A stretch of 64,000 bases of DNA from Cycas panzhihuaensis (Eukaryota; Plantae; Cycadophyta): the NCBI GenBank assembly GCA_023213395.1, contig CM041465.1, positions 189,479,741 through 189,543,740 on the forward strand. The letters are read 5' to 3'. This document shows positions 12,100 to 24,800 of this stretch, piece by piece. Positions within the stretch are counted from its first letter, which is position 1. Each line of letters opens with the position of its first letter. Both the position numbers and the translations under genes were made by a program. The notes below the pieces were generated by a model. It was given only the letters and a program-made list of their open reading frames with translations. It did not search any database and was not told the DNA's origin.

Positions 12100-14935
12100 A
12101 TAACATAAAGAAGGTCATCCAGAAACATAAAGAAGTTTTTCAAAATATTCCAGTAGAATTACTACCAGACAGGGGATTTGAATATCAAATTTAATTAGAA
12201 ACATGCACTAATCCGATTGTTATTTAGCTCTATAGACAACCACATCATTATCGGAATGAGATTGAAAAGATCATTCAAGAATTATTAGATATAGGAGTAA
12301 TAACTCCTAGTAAAAGCCCATCTGTAGCACCGATAATCTTACTAAAAAAGAAAGATGGATCTTACCGTATATGCATAGACTATCGAGCACTAAATAAAGT
12401 TACAATAAAAAATAAATTTCTTATACCAAGAATCGATGAGCTACTAGACAAACCACATGGAGCAGATTATTTTTTAAAAATTGATTTAAAATCAGGTTAT
12501 CATCAAATTCGTATTAAACTAGAAGATATATACAAAATAGCCTTCAGTACACACCATGGTCATTATGAATTCAAGGTAATTCCCTTTAGTCTAACCAATG
12601 CACCAGCCACATTCCAAGCTATAATGAATGAAGTTCTGAAATCTTTTTTGTGGAAGTTTGTCTTAGTCTTCTTTGATGATATATTAATATTCAATAAACA
12701 ATAGGGAGAACACATGAACCATCTTGACCAAATACTGAGCACCTTGAAGAAATAAAAATTCTATGCTAACAAATCAGAATGTTATTTTGGAATGAAAGAA
12801 ATAGAATATCTAGGTCATCTTATATCAAAAGAAGGAATTAGAGCTAATCCTGAGAAAGTTAAGGCAATTCAAGAATGGACAATACCCAAAAATATTATAA
12901 AACTCTAAGGATTTCTAGGTTTAATAGGATATTATCGATGTTTTGTTAAAAATTATGCACAGAGAACAACTGTCTTAACTTGTTTATTAAAAAAAGATTC
13001 TTTTCAATGGAATGAAGAAGCAAAAAAGTGTTTTGAATAAATCAAGCAAATAATGACCCAGTTATCGATGCTTACACCACCTAATTTTTCTAAAATTTTT
13101 ATAATAGAATGTGATGCATTGGGAATGGGAATCGATGTAGTACTAATGCAAGAAGGTAAACCCATTATATTTGAAAGTAGAAATCTAAACAACCGAAAAA
13201 TTCTTAAATCAACCTATGATAAAGAAATGCTGGCCATTATATACGCATTAGTTAAATGGCATCAGTATCTATTAGGTATCAAATTTATAGTCAAGACAGA
13301 TCATAACAATTTACAATATTTATTAAAGCAAAAAGAATTATCCCCTGAACAACAAAAATCGATAAGTAAAATTTAAGCATTTAATTTTGACATAACATAC
13401 AACAAGGGTAAAAATAATGCAGTAACTGATACCTTGTCACGAAAAGATAAAGAGAGTACATAATCTCAACTAAAGACTGTCTCAATAATAGAACCAGTAT
13501 GGATCGTGGATTTATAATTAGAATACGTCAAAGATCCTAACATTCAACAACTCATTCAAAGAATTCAACAATGTAAAGAAGATAAATTCAAATGGAGAAA
13601 TGATATTTTATGGTATAAAGGATGAATATTCTTAAGTCTAAACCCAACTTTCCGTAACAAGATATTAAATGAAGCATATGTAGTACCTGTAGTAGGACAT
13701 AAAGGATTTTATAAAACGTATTTGCAAGCCAAATAGTCATTTTTCTGGAAAGGAATAAAAAGGGACATAAAGAAATTTATAGTTGAATGCATAGTATGCC
13801 AAATCAATAAATATAAATGTATTACTACTCCTAGTCTACTTTAGCCACTTTCTATTCCGCAACAAAAATGGGAGAGTATTAGTATGGATTTTATCAAGGT
13901 TTACCAAAATTAGAAGGGAAAGATGCTATCTATGTGGTTGTGGATTATTTAATAAAGTTCACTCATTTTATACCCATTCAATCTAATTATAAAGCCCAGT
14001 AATTAGCTGAAGTATTTATCAAAGAAATTCACAAGTTACATGGCTTTCCACAGACCATTATTAGTGACATAGATCCCAAATTCTTAAGTCATTTTTGGCA
14101 AGAAATATTTCGACAAGTAGGTACAAAATTAGAAATAAATGCCAGTTATCATCCATAAACAGATGGATAAACTAAAGCTGTAAACAAATATTTAGAAAAT
14201 TACTTGCGAAACTATGTGGCAGATAAACATAATTCGTGGGTCAAGTGGCTACACTTAGTTGAAGCTTGGTACAATTCTTCTTATCATTCATCCACTAAAA
14301 TGACCTCGTATCAAGCATTATATGGTTATCAACCAACTAAGTTGAAGGATTGGTTAAACAAAGATAATAAGGTTCCAGCAGTTTATGATTTTTTCCAAGA
14401 ATCACAAAATAAAATTTAAATATTAAAATGACATTTAGAAGAAGCAAGAAATCATATGAAACAGCAAGATGATAAACACTGTATAGTAAGAATGTTTGAC
14501 ATTGGGGATTGGGTCTATGTAAGACTGCAACCATACAAGCAAGAATCATTAAAAAATTATTGAGAGGAGAAATTAAGTCCTTGATTTTATGGACCTTTTC
14601 AGATTAAACAGAAAATTGGAGAGATGGCTTATGCCTTAGAACTTCCAACTTCAAAATTACACAATGTGTTTCATGTGTCTTATCTCAAAAAGAAAATTGG
14701 AAATCAGGTACAGGTACATATAGAACTACCCCTCTTAGATGAAGAAGGCAAATAAATTTTATTACCAAAAACTATCCTTGAAGTTTGAGAATGTAGATTG
14801 CAGTCAAAGACTATTCGAGAATATTTGATCAAATGGAAACAACTACCTCTTGAAGATGCTTTGTGGGAATCCTTTGATTTCATTAAACTTCATCCGAATT
14901 TGAGAACAGAGAGTTTCATGGGCAAAATATCTTAA
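12100..14935 (+). pseudogene. pol of B (RT-RH-INT-chromodomain)
   Basis: KKKDGSYRICIDYRALN, KIDLKSGYHQIRI, VFFDDILI, IECDALGMGI, STYDKEMLAI, INT ASYHP, chromodomain EYLIKWKQLPLEDALWE. Confidence 0.95.
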
Positions 14936-14946
14936 GGAGGAGGAAT

Positions 14947-15197
14947 TGTTATAAACCTCTTAAGGAGTTAATTAACTAATTATTATGTGAAAAGGTATCT
15001 CATGAATAGTTGTGATCTTATGTGAAAAGGATTTATTATACACATATAAATATGTACCACAATTGTATTGTTGAACATTTATTCATCTCTTATTAATCAA
15101 TTATTGAGTCATTTAACTATAAACTCTTTCAGTGAATTCTTGTGAGCTCTCTCATACTTTGGATATTGTCATTAGGTTATGAACTGGGTTCGTAACA
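14947..15197 (+). repeat. 3' LTR of B
   Basis: Direct repeat of 11126-11375. Confidence 0.95.
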
Positions 15198-15480
15198 ATC
15201 AATTATCCTAATAAAGGAGAGGGACTTTTCTCTTTTTCCTGAGGGATATTTTTCTTTAGGATCTATGAAACCTATCAGAGTGGATTTCACTTCTTTTCAA
15301 TCATCATTATTATGTAAAATCACTTTCACATGCCAAAAACTATTCATTTTCACTTTGATAGGTTGAGTTATCATTCTTGAGACATGTTTAACTTCTCATA
15401 GAGTTTATTTTCCTTTAGAGACATAATCCATCATCTTATATTCACTCTTTTTATATGGATCTCTATGTTAGTCTCTAACA

Positions 15481-15935
15481 TATCGCTCTAAATCTCCTTT
15501 AGCTATTAATGAGCTTAAACTATGATGACATATCACTTTGAGTCTCCTTTAGTTGTTAACAAGCTTAAACTATGACAACATATTGCTCTAAGTTTCCTTT
15601 AGTTGTTAATGAGCTTAAACTATAATAGCATATCACTCTAAATCTTCTTTTGCCTATTAATGAGTTTAAACTATGACAGGGACAAGCTCTAAGTCCCTCA
15701 TGCATGTTAAAGAGTCTAAACTATGACAGGGAACCCTCTAAAATTTGATCATTGATGAGGTTAAACTATGATAATTAACCTCCAAAAGCACTCACCTGTT
15801 AATGAGGTTAAACTATGATGGATTTATCTTAAAAGTCATCTATTAATCAACTTAAAAACTATGACATCTTATCCCTTTTACTCCAGCAAAAGGATTTCCC
15901 TCTAATCTATAGTTAAAGAGAGATAAACTATGACC
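15481..15935 (+). repeat. Degenerate tandem array, ~9 units of 46-50 bp, in the 3' region of A
   Basis: Units such as tatcgctctaaatctcctttagctattaatgagcttaaactatgatgaca at 15481, 15531, 15581, 15631, 15681, 15731 and onward. Confidence 0.9.
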
Positions 15936-16436
15936 AGTTGTATATTAAAGTCTCATCTAGTTTCTAGACATTAGATAGTTTTTCTTTGGTGATGGATACC
16001 TAGTCCTTTTGGATAAGTGATATAGATAATGTCCTTTTGGTAGCAAAAACCCAATTCTTTTGGGTAGTTTTATTAGTGAGAGTCTTTAGGTTTTCTTATC
16101 ATAAGAAGTTTGTTTTAAATTGAACCATAGAGCCTCTTCACCTTATCATTCACATGCTTCATCTAGATCCCCTTTATGTTTAATAAAAGAACTATCACTT
16201 TTGTTATTACCACCTCTCACCATCCTACTTTCTTCTTGGAGTAGGAGATTTAGGTGTCAAGGAGACAAATGTTTTATCAAAACCTATCCCTTCATTTATT
16301 TTTATACTTTTGATATATTTCTTGCAAGGTTTCATGAAGAAAACTAGATGATGGACTTATTTTATAATGTGTTAGGCCATCTTTTGATAAATTAATGTAT
16401 TGATTTTGTTAATGATGTATGATGAATAATGATGTG

Positions 16437-16441
16437 ATATA

Positions 16442-16477
<36 letters not shown>

Positions 16478-16479
16478 TA

Positions 16480-16550
<71 letters not shown>
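16437..16550. repeat. (TACA)n(TA)n microsatellite
   Basis: Directly visible. Confidence 0.97.
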
Positions 16551-16553
<3 letters not shown>

Positions 16554-19500
16554 CTACCAATGACTAATATTTATGGCATTAAATTTTTCTTGCACAATTA
16601 CTTTTATCTAAATTCTTCTTTAAAACCTTTTGTTTTCATATTCTTATCTTGATTTTACCTATGTTTTGTCATTTTTGACCATTTTTAGGCTTATGCTCAT
16701 TGATTTCATCATGTTGCAGGCCTCTTTCTTATTAATAAAGTCATTTGTGCTTAATTTCTTGATTAAAAAAAATAACTTATGACTTTTAATAAGCCATTTT
16801 TTATTTTCCCATTTATCACATTTTTGGTGATGTAAAAAATGCAACCAGTCACATTTTTAGAGTAAAGTCGCATTTTTGGTAGGCCTAAAAATGTGACTGG
16901 TCATGTTTTTTACTATTATGCATACAAAATTCAACTAGCATGCTAGATTTTTGTATGTTGCCACCTAAATTTGATGAAATCTTATCTTTTAAATGTCTTA
17001 TCATAATCAAAAGGGTATTGTTGTTTATGATTAAGATCTAGAGAGTTAAAGAAATCAAGTTTAGTGAGGCTTTTTTAGGGTTTTAAAAGACTTTTTGAAG
17101 ACTGTTACTACTATGACTTGAAGATTGGCTTTTGTTGATGTTTTTGGATGAAACCAAGAAGAAGAATTAATGCTGAAGCTTGCTACTCTATTGATGCTCA
17201 AATTTTGATAGTTTGCTTCTTCTCTACCGGTGAGATCTTCCCTATTTGATTTCTTATTATTTTAGTGCTTATTGGAGGTTATTTTGTGCTCGATGTTTAC
17301 TCTCTCTTTCTACTAGTTTTTGTAGTGATCTTATTCTTATTTTTAACTTGGAATCTTGGCTAGAAGGTCAGCCCTTTATGGGGTTTCAAAGAGATAGGCT
17401 AAGGTGAAGTATGGTCATGTCTTCATTGCCAATGTAGTTATCTCTCCCTATTCTTTCATAGCTATCTAAATTCCAAGTAGTTTGTTATCCCTTTTAGCTT
17501 GTATTTGGCTATGGTTTATCCTTTGGTGCTTATTGTTTTTCTTCTTTTGCTTGTTTTAAAGGAAAGTTTGGAGAAATTTGATCAAATGAAAGAAAAGAGA
17601 TATTCTGAGGTAGAATTTTAGAATAGGAAAGAAGTCTTGGTTTAGATGCTTACATGCTTTCACTCTTTGATTTGTTTTCTTCTCTTAAAAAGAAAAATTT
17701 GAATTGGTGAATGATCTACATATGTGATTTTTTAGATCATTAGAGGTTCAAGGATCCTTTCGGAGTCCTATTTACTCCAATTGTAATAGAATCTACAAGT
17801 TGTTTGGCCTATTTCTTGTAGAAGGATTATGACTAGAGAATAATTCATTGCATACAACATTAATGGCCTAAAAATTCATTTAAAATAGCATCAATATATC
17901 TTTAAAATTTCTCTTTTTCATCATAGAATCTTCATTCAAAGAAAAGATAGCATGTATATGAGATAAAGAGTTTATTCATTGACACTACATGTTATTAAAT
18001 CTTTGGAAGTTTTACATAAATAATTGCATGATATGTTGCATCTCATATTAGTGTTTTTCTTTTCCTAATGAAGTGTGTGTTGCATTTAAAGGAGATGGTT
18101 TTATATTTTCATTAGTGTACTTTATTTTTTAAAAACAAGAAAAAAAAAAGAATAACAATGTATTACATAGCTTTTTTTGCTTATTTGTCAAAGATAGAGT
18201 AAGTCTTATTGTTTCATTAATTACCTTTGCTCATTTTGTTTCATTTTGTTGAAAAATATAAAAAATAAACAATTAAAAAGAAAGAAAAAGAAAACTAAAG
18301 AAACTAAATCATTTCCCATTGCCTATCCTTTCTCCTTTATTCAAGTAAAACTGAAAAGGTTAAAAGAATCAAAGGATAGGAGTGCTTAGGAAGGATAGAA
18401 AAGATATTGTCAGAGTAGCTTTGAATTGAGAACTCCTTTTCTTGGATGTATGGGCTAGTGGATTTTATCACCCTCAAACATCCTACCCTTTCATTGTTTC
18501 ACTAATTACATCCTTATTAAATAGCACAACTAAGTGAAGACTCCTTCTTAAGAGTTGGTCAAAGGTGGTTACTTAGGTCTTCTTAGACTTTGTATCTCTT
18601 AATTTAGATTTGACTTAAAGGAAATACCCCATTGATTAAGAGATATTTTGTTTAGGTCCACCTGAGATGCACTAGGATCACCTTGGGCATAATTTGATTT
18701 GATCTAGGGTTTACCTACTAGAAGCCACCACTAATGAAATTGAGTACACTACTATCATACAAGCTCTAATTGATGTACTCTACTTCCATTATGATTTTAT
18801 TATCTCACATTCAGATTCCTAGATTGTCATATCCTAGCTCACTCAGGTTTCCCAAATTTATTTCCCATGATTGAGATCTTTATAAATGTATGATAGATCC
18901 ATTTTGGCCCACTTTACTTCTATTGATATTTTCCATATCCTACATGGACTTAACACCTAAGTTGATAGGTTGGTGAACTATATCCTTGAGTGTCATTTAC
19001 CATTCATGGATGACTCTCCTTCAGTCCAATGGGCCACCCATTGAGACATTTACTTAGTGGGAAATCTCATCTAGTCTCACCTCCAAGGGGCATTCACTGA
19101 TGAGATAAGACTATGGTGATAGCCTTAGGATTACATAGCCCCTTTAAAAGTTAAGACTTGTCACTAAAGCTTTCCATATGCTCCAATAAAAGCTTAAACT
19201 ACCACCATACCCCAAAATAAGGATAAACTACCATCTATATTTGTATATATCATATTAGGATATGGATTTCATAAGTAGTACCACTCCTTCATATTTTATA
19301 TCCTTGATCTTCTTATTTTATTATCCTTATTTCTATTTGTATATTTTTTTTATGTAACCCTTATTTTCGAAAAACCCAAAAATAATAGAAAATCCTTTCA
19401 AAATTTGAAAAAAAAAAAAAGTAAAAAACTATCAGAAACAACAAAAAAAACGTAAATATAACATTAAAAAAATCTAAAAATAATATAAAACTACCAAAAA

Positions 19501-19882
19501 AAAAAAAAATTATAACATTAAAAACCAAAAGAAATTGACCTTTAAAAAATAATTATTATCGAGGTAAAACTATAGTGACCAACCTTGACTCATTCAGTCT
19601 TTCTCATCATTAGGTATTTGAAGTATCACTTCATGTATTCAAGGGGCTTTGGGCTTCCATGCCCTTATCTTGGGCCATGCTACCCATCTTATCTTACCAT
19701 GGAGGCAACACTTCTATTATTTGATGTCCCTATTGTATGCATGCTTTGGATTCATAGCCACTGGCCTTTGGTTTAATCTGGTCATTGACTCATCATTCTT
19801 CCCAACTTATGCATCTTTATCATAAGTTCAAAGGCTAAACTAAGGGTAACCCCTCTCTGATTTACTACTAATAGGGCATCAC

Positions 19883-21800
19883 TATGGTAGCCAACACCCA
19901 TGTAACACACACACATATTTGACTTTTATTATTATTATATTTTACATCATTTCTATATTGGTAACATTCATCATCTTCTAGTTGTATATTGAAGAGGTTC
20001 TACTACCAAGAGGACAATGTTTCTTGGCTTTAAGGAATAGCCTTGGATACAAGGATGAACAAGTAAGTGTAGGTATAATTTTTTACCCTTCTTGCTCCAT
20101 ATTGATGTATATTTGAGGTTATATGGTTGATATGTACTTGATTACTTGTTTGATCATTAATCCATGCCCCTCTTGTATGCTGATGATGATCATGATCTTA
20201 GTCCATGGCTCTAATGTCCACCCAATGGACTTCTTAGGTTGGAAAAGGTACCTCCGTACCCATTTGCAACTTGTTTCTTTACTAATTTTTGCTTTATTTT
20301 TTCTTAGTTAGCTTTATTTTCACCTTGTTTCTACTTGATGATAATTGATTACTCCCTTTAGAATCTATCACTTATAAGTTTTCTTGATTATATGATGAAA
20401 AGTTAGTTAAAAAGAAAATATATTCCCTTATTGCTTTATTTTTTTACTATATTATTTGTACCATAAAGCATTATATGGTACTGCAAAGATATTTATAATA
20501 CCATAAATAAATTTATGATACGACTATCACTAACCTAGATTTGGATTTAATGGAAACATTTAGCTCATAAATGATATATTGTCAATATTCATAGGCCGCG
20601 TCATCCTTAGGCCATATCGCATCAGTCATGAGAGTCTAAAACCATGAGCATCACTCATGAGAGTCTAAAACCATGAGCCCTATTTCTTTTGCTTTTTTTA
20701 AAGAAATCCCTCAAACCATGAGCATCACTCATGGTTTTTGGTTAATGAATTTTCCTATATTATAAGTAGAAAACCATCAACCCTCTTGCTTATTTCATTT
20801 ATAAATCCCTTTCTTTTTTCTAAAGGAGAGGATGATCCTTTTGTGCAAGCAATACCCTATTATTATGCTGCTAAATTTTTGCTAGATTCTAGTAATTTGG
20901 TGTAATAAACTAGATTTCATGTGGGAGATTAGAAGTAAACATCCAAGAGTTATTGCAGAGTCCTTAGTGGAAAGATTCAACAATCATTGAACATCATTTC
21001 CTCATAAAGGTATATATAATTTAATCATCCTTACTTAAGGTAATCTCCATTCTCTTTATTTCTTCTTGGTCATGTCATGTTGTGTCACTTCTTGATGGTG
21101 ATTTGCTAGTGGGTTCTTTTTGTTTATCATTATCTCATTTGCTTAGTGAATAGAGTCTCTTGTTGGCCTCTTTTTGATATTTCTTGATTGATCCTTTTGA
21201 ACAAGTTGTAAGATTATATAAGGTTTCTTAAGTACAACTTGGGAAACCATACATATTAGGGGACGGTTTCCATCCTAAGGCACCCCAATCTTATTAATCT
21301 TTTTCTCTTATGCTCATAGATTTGGGATTATTTTCTTTATGCTTTAAGCTTATACCATTTCATACACTATATATGATCATTTCCATTGGATATATTAGAG
21401 GTTTGCTATCTTTATAAGAAACTAACATGTTTATAGGGAAGAGATAGAAGTTCATAAGATACTCAATTAATTTCTATTGATCAAACATTCTAATAAATCC
21501 CACACCAAATTCCATAAAAAAGGTAAGATTTATACTTCATTTTCTTTACTATTCCTTCAAGGTTTTTATGCTTTGTATATATTTTTATCATAAAGGTTTT
21601 TGGAAAATAAAAATACTACCAAATCCTTTTAGAAGTGGGTAAGTATTAGCTCCATTTCCTTCCTATCATACCAAGGATACTATAGTTCACTAGAAAGGAA
21701 CTATCAACACTCTAATTTACTCCTTTCTAGGTATGTATCATTCCTTTTAGTTTGTTATTTTTTATTTGTTGCATTATAAGGAAAAGAGGTTGTATTATTT
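19883..21800 (+). repeat. Probable 3' LTR of A (truncated); inverted homolog of 25100-26870
   Basis: 20030 aaggatgaacaagtaagtgtaggtata matches the reverse complement of 26800-26830; homology continues to ~21750. Start inferred from PPT-like atagggcatcac. Confidence 0.65.
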
Positions 21801-21829
21801 TTTGTTCTGATGGTGGAGAAGGAGGAGGA

Positions 21830-24800
21830 AGGGCTACCCTATTATTCCTTATTTATATAATTTATTATTATATGCCTTAATCTGGTTCCTCATGGTTGGG
21901 GAATAGATCTTGGTGGACTGGATACTCCAAATTGGGTTTGGAGGCACCTTAGAATGGGGGGTTGTGAGGCAATGTAAGCTTAAGGTATTAGGTACAACAC
22001 CTTAAATTATCATATACACATTCACTATGGATTGAGTACCACTTCTTTTCGAGAAGAGGCCTTGTGCTCTTCCCTTGAGAAGATTGAGTGCCTTTGTTTT
22101 TGGGAGGTAGGGTTTGGGTAGTTTGATGAACCTACTGATATCCATTTTGAGAAGTGGATGGCTCAGTCGTAGGTTGAACCAGTTATAACTTTAGGTCCCT
22201 TATCATCCACTTAAAGAATAAATAATGAAAGTGAGAGGATTTAGGATTTTGTTGGTTATATTAATAAAAGGCCTAGAGGGTTGTTGCATTCCCTTTTGGT
22301 CACATGGAGGAGGTGGTACCTCATGTCGTTGTGGGCTTCTAAGAATCCTTCTAAGACTAGCATAGATCTCGATGGATCTTAGTACTAAGTATTTAGCTAT
22401 GGAAGATTTCCATGTGGTCACCCCTATTTTGAGGAATTCTACATATACCTTGGATGCAATACATTGATAAAGATGTCCCTCTTTAACTCTTCTAGTAGTG
22501 TGGCCTTAGAAGAGTGGTCGAGGTCATGGAATCATTGAATAAAGTCATAATTCAATTCCTCAAGGCCTTGTTTGAGTGAAAGTAGGGCCTTAATTCCACT
22601 TTTGAAAGGCCAAGCCATATCAAAGTGGTTGACAAGAGTATGAACTAATTATTCAAATATGGACATTGAGTAGGTAGGGAGATGTTAGAACCATTTTAAT
22701 ATGTCCCCTTGAAGTAACCTAGGGAATAGTTTTATATGTATGTGGTATATGCCCAATAGTTTATACATGCCATGGAAAATGCCCTGACATGATCTGTAGG
22801 GTCTTGGGATGAAGCGCCATCAAATTTTGGCACTTCATATGGATGAGGAGGGAGGTTTATTCATAATGTCTCTATAGATAAAAGGGTTGATTGATAATCG
22901 ACAAAGGGACAAATCCCTAGTTGGGCTAGCAGATTGATTAGAGAAAACATAGGTGAGGAATAAGGGTATCTACCTCTATCATACGATGGGTTGGAAGGAG
23001 ATGCACAGGGAGTATGTACTTACTGATAAAGGATGTAGGAGGAAGGGGCATATGGGGTTCCCTCCATTTGGTAGGGAGAAATAAGTCCCATATGGAGATA
23101 TGCTACATAAGGAGCTAGGTGAGGGGCTCTTAGCCCATTGTGAGGAAGTGTGGCATCAACGGGTGGGATGAAGGTTTGCATACCTAGAGGGGAAGATGCA
23201 TAATTAGGTGGAATATATGGGGGCATGGGCCCCCCTTGAGAGGGACCAATAGGTGGTATAGATTAGGGGATTTGAGAAGTGACATATGGTAGGGGGTTCT
23301 GACCAAAGGACCCTCCTATGGGAGGGGTAACCCCATAAGGGTGGAGACAGTCCACCCCATAGGTAGGGAATGGGTTCAAATCCCTATGCCCATAAGGTTA
23401 TGATATGTACCCTAGAGGAACATATAGAGATGGATCCACATGGTGCAAATGTGGATGAGTAGGGGCTAAACCTCCTTTCCCTAGATGGTAGGGGCATGGA
23501 AGTATGGTAGAAGAGAGTGATGGAATAGAGGTTATGATAGGTTAAGAGATTATCATTTAAAGAGGGGGTATGGATGCCTTGATATAGAGGATTTATGTAC
23601 CTTGTGAAGCCTCTTCATTCAAAGGGTTATTTACAACCATTGATGCAAATATGCCTTCCTAAAGAGAAGATGTGGTGGCTATAAGAGAGGAAGAAGATGG
23701 GACCTCAGTAGAGGTTGTAGATGAAGTGAAAAGAAGATGATGTAGACACCTTTAGGTAGGTGGTGTTAACTAGTTTCCACCTCAAAATATTCCCTTATGG
23801 CTTAGCCATGTCATTGGGTGGAGTATGGGTTGGGTCTTGAGAAGAGACATGGTCTCCCTGGTGACCAAAATAGATAGGGAAGGGAACGAGGGCCTACTCG
23901 AGATGTTGAATAGGATCCATGAGTTGGGCCCTTCCTATGATATGCATAGGAGAGAGGGGCCGGGGAGGGGGGGGGGGAGGGTGGCGGGGGTAGTGGCGAG
24001 GTGTGGGGTGTAAAGGGTCTTAATAGACTTCTAGTTGCTTAGTAATATGCTAGAATCAGTCCCTACCAATACGGATGAGGTCCTCATAGGGATAAGCAGC
24101 CTTAGTATGAGGCTAATTAGGGGCATACCAATAAAAAACCCATTCTGATAGATACTCCTCCATCGATGACTCTTAATGAATTGATGAGATGGAGGAGTAG
24201 AGTGGTTTGACCTCTAAGGGGGGAAGGCTACATAGGCAATGAGAGAAACATCACATTCATGAGATAACCAAATCCTGTTAGAAATGTGAATGGGAAGTAA
24301 GGATATGACATGTTTGGATCAATACATAACACCCTAATAAATCTTAGATGAGAGGTGGCATGAGGGTAAACCTAAAGGATTTTAAAATCTTTCCAACTAA
24401 CAAGTCCCCAGTATGGTCACTAGTGAAATGCTCTTAATAGTTATAATCATAAGATGTTTATACTTAGAAAAAACTGTGAAGCCTAGGGTGTGTAACCTCT
24501 ATATGTATGAATAAGTCCTACGATGCCAACGTAGGGTACCCATACACTACTTGAGCATATTTATAAGGGGAATCACCCATTCTCTACCTAAGAGACTAAA
24601 CTAAGGGCATTCAAGCATGTGTGCATGTGTATTAAAGGAAATATATGGCCTTGGATGTCAAATGAAAGGCATAACTTATTCCTAAAATGCAACTATGTTC
24701 TCTTTCACTTTAAATAAATGCACCTTGCCTACTTCTAGTTGGGTTCATAATCTACACTTATAGATTTGGGACCCGTGATAGCATAGTCCCTTCTCATGTC

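Larger units (their letters stand above)
11126..15197 (+). mobile_element. Element B: chromovirus (Reina-like) LTR retrotransposon lacking gag and most of protease
   Basis: LTRs 11126-11375 and 14947-15197 (TG..CA); perfect TSD ATCAA (11121-11125, 15198-15202); Met PBS tggtatcaaag 11378; PPT aaggaggaggaa before 14947. Confidence 0.95.
1..21830 (+). mobile_element. Element A: degenerate Tat-clade Ty3/gypsy LTR retrotransposon (5' end outside window; contains nested element B; 3' LTR truncated)
   Basis: Order gag, PR, RT, RH, INT, then aRH, antisense PMD ORF and a long 3' region with repeated AAACTAY motifs. Ends in LTR sequence homologous to the 5' LTR of element C. Assignment of 16550-19880 to A is less certain. 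Confidence 0.75.

Noticed and set aside
15481-15935. CRISPR array
   Set aside because: Eukaryotic retroelement context, no cas genes, and the 'spacers' are homologous to each other
15481-15935. Hammerhead ribozymes (ttgatgag...aaac resembles CUGAUGA...GAAAC)
   Set aside because: No room for stem II between the two core strands and GAAAC is not conserved; the pairing seen is CTC..GAG instead
16372-16652. IYIY-rich ORFs here and at 42541-42939
   Set aside because: Translations of TA microsatellites
17019-18650. Possible separate LTR insertion within A's 3' region
   Set aside because: TG start follows a purine run, but no end, TSD or second copy was found
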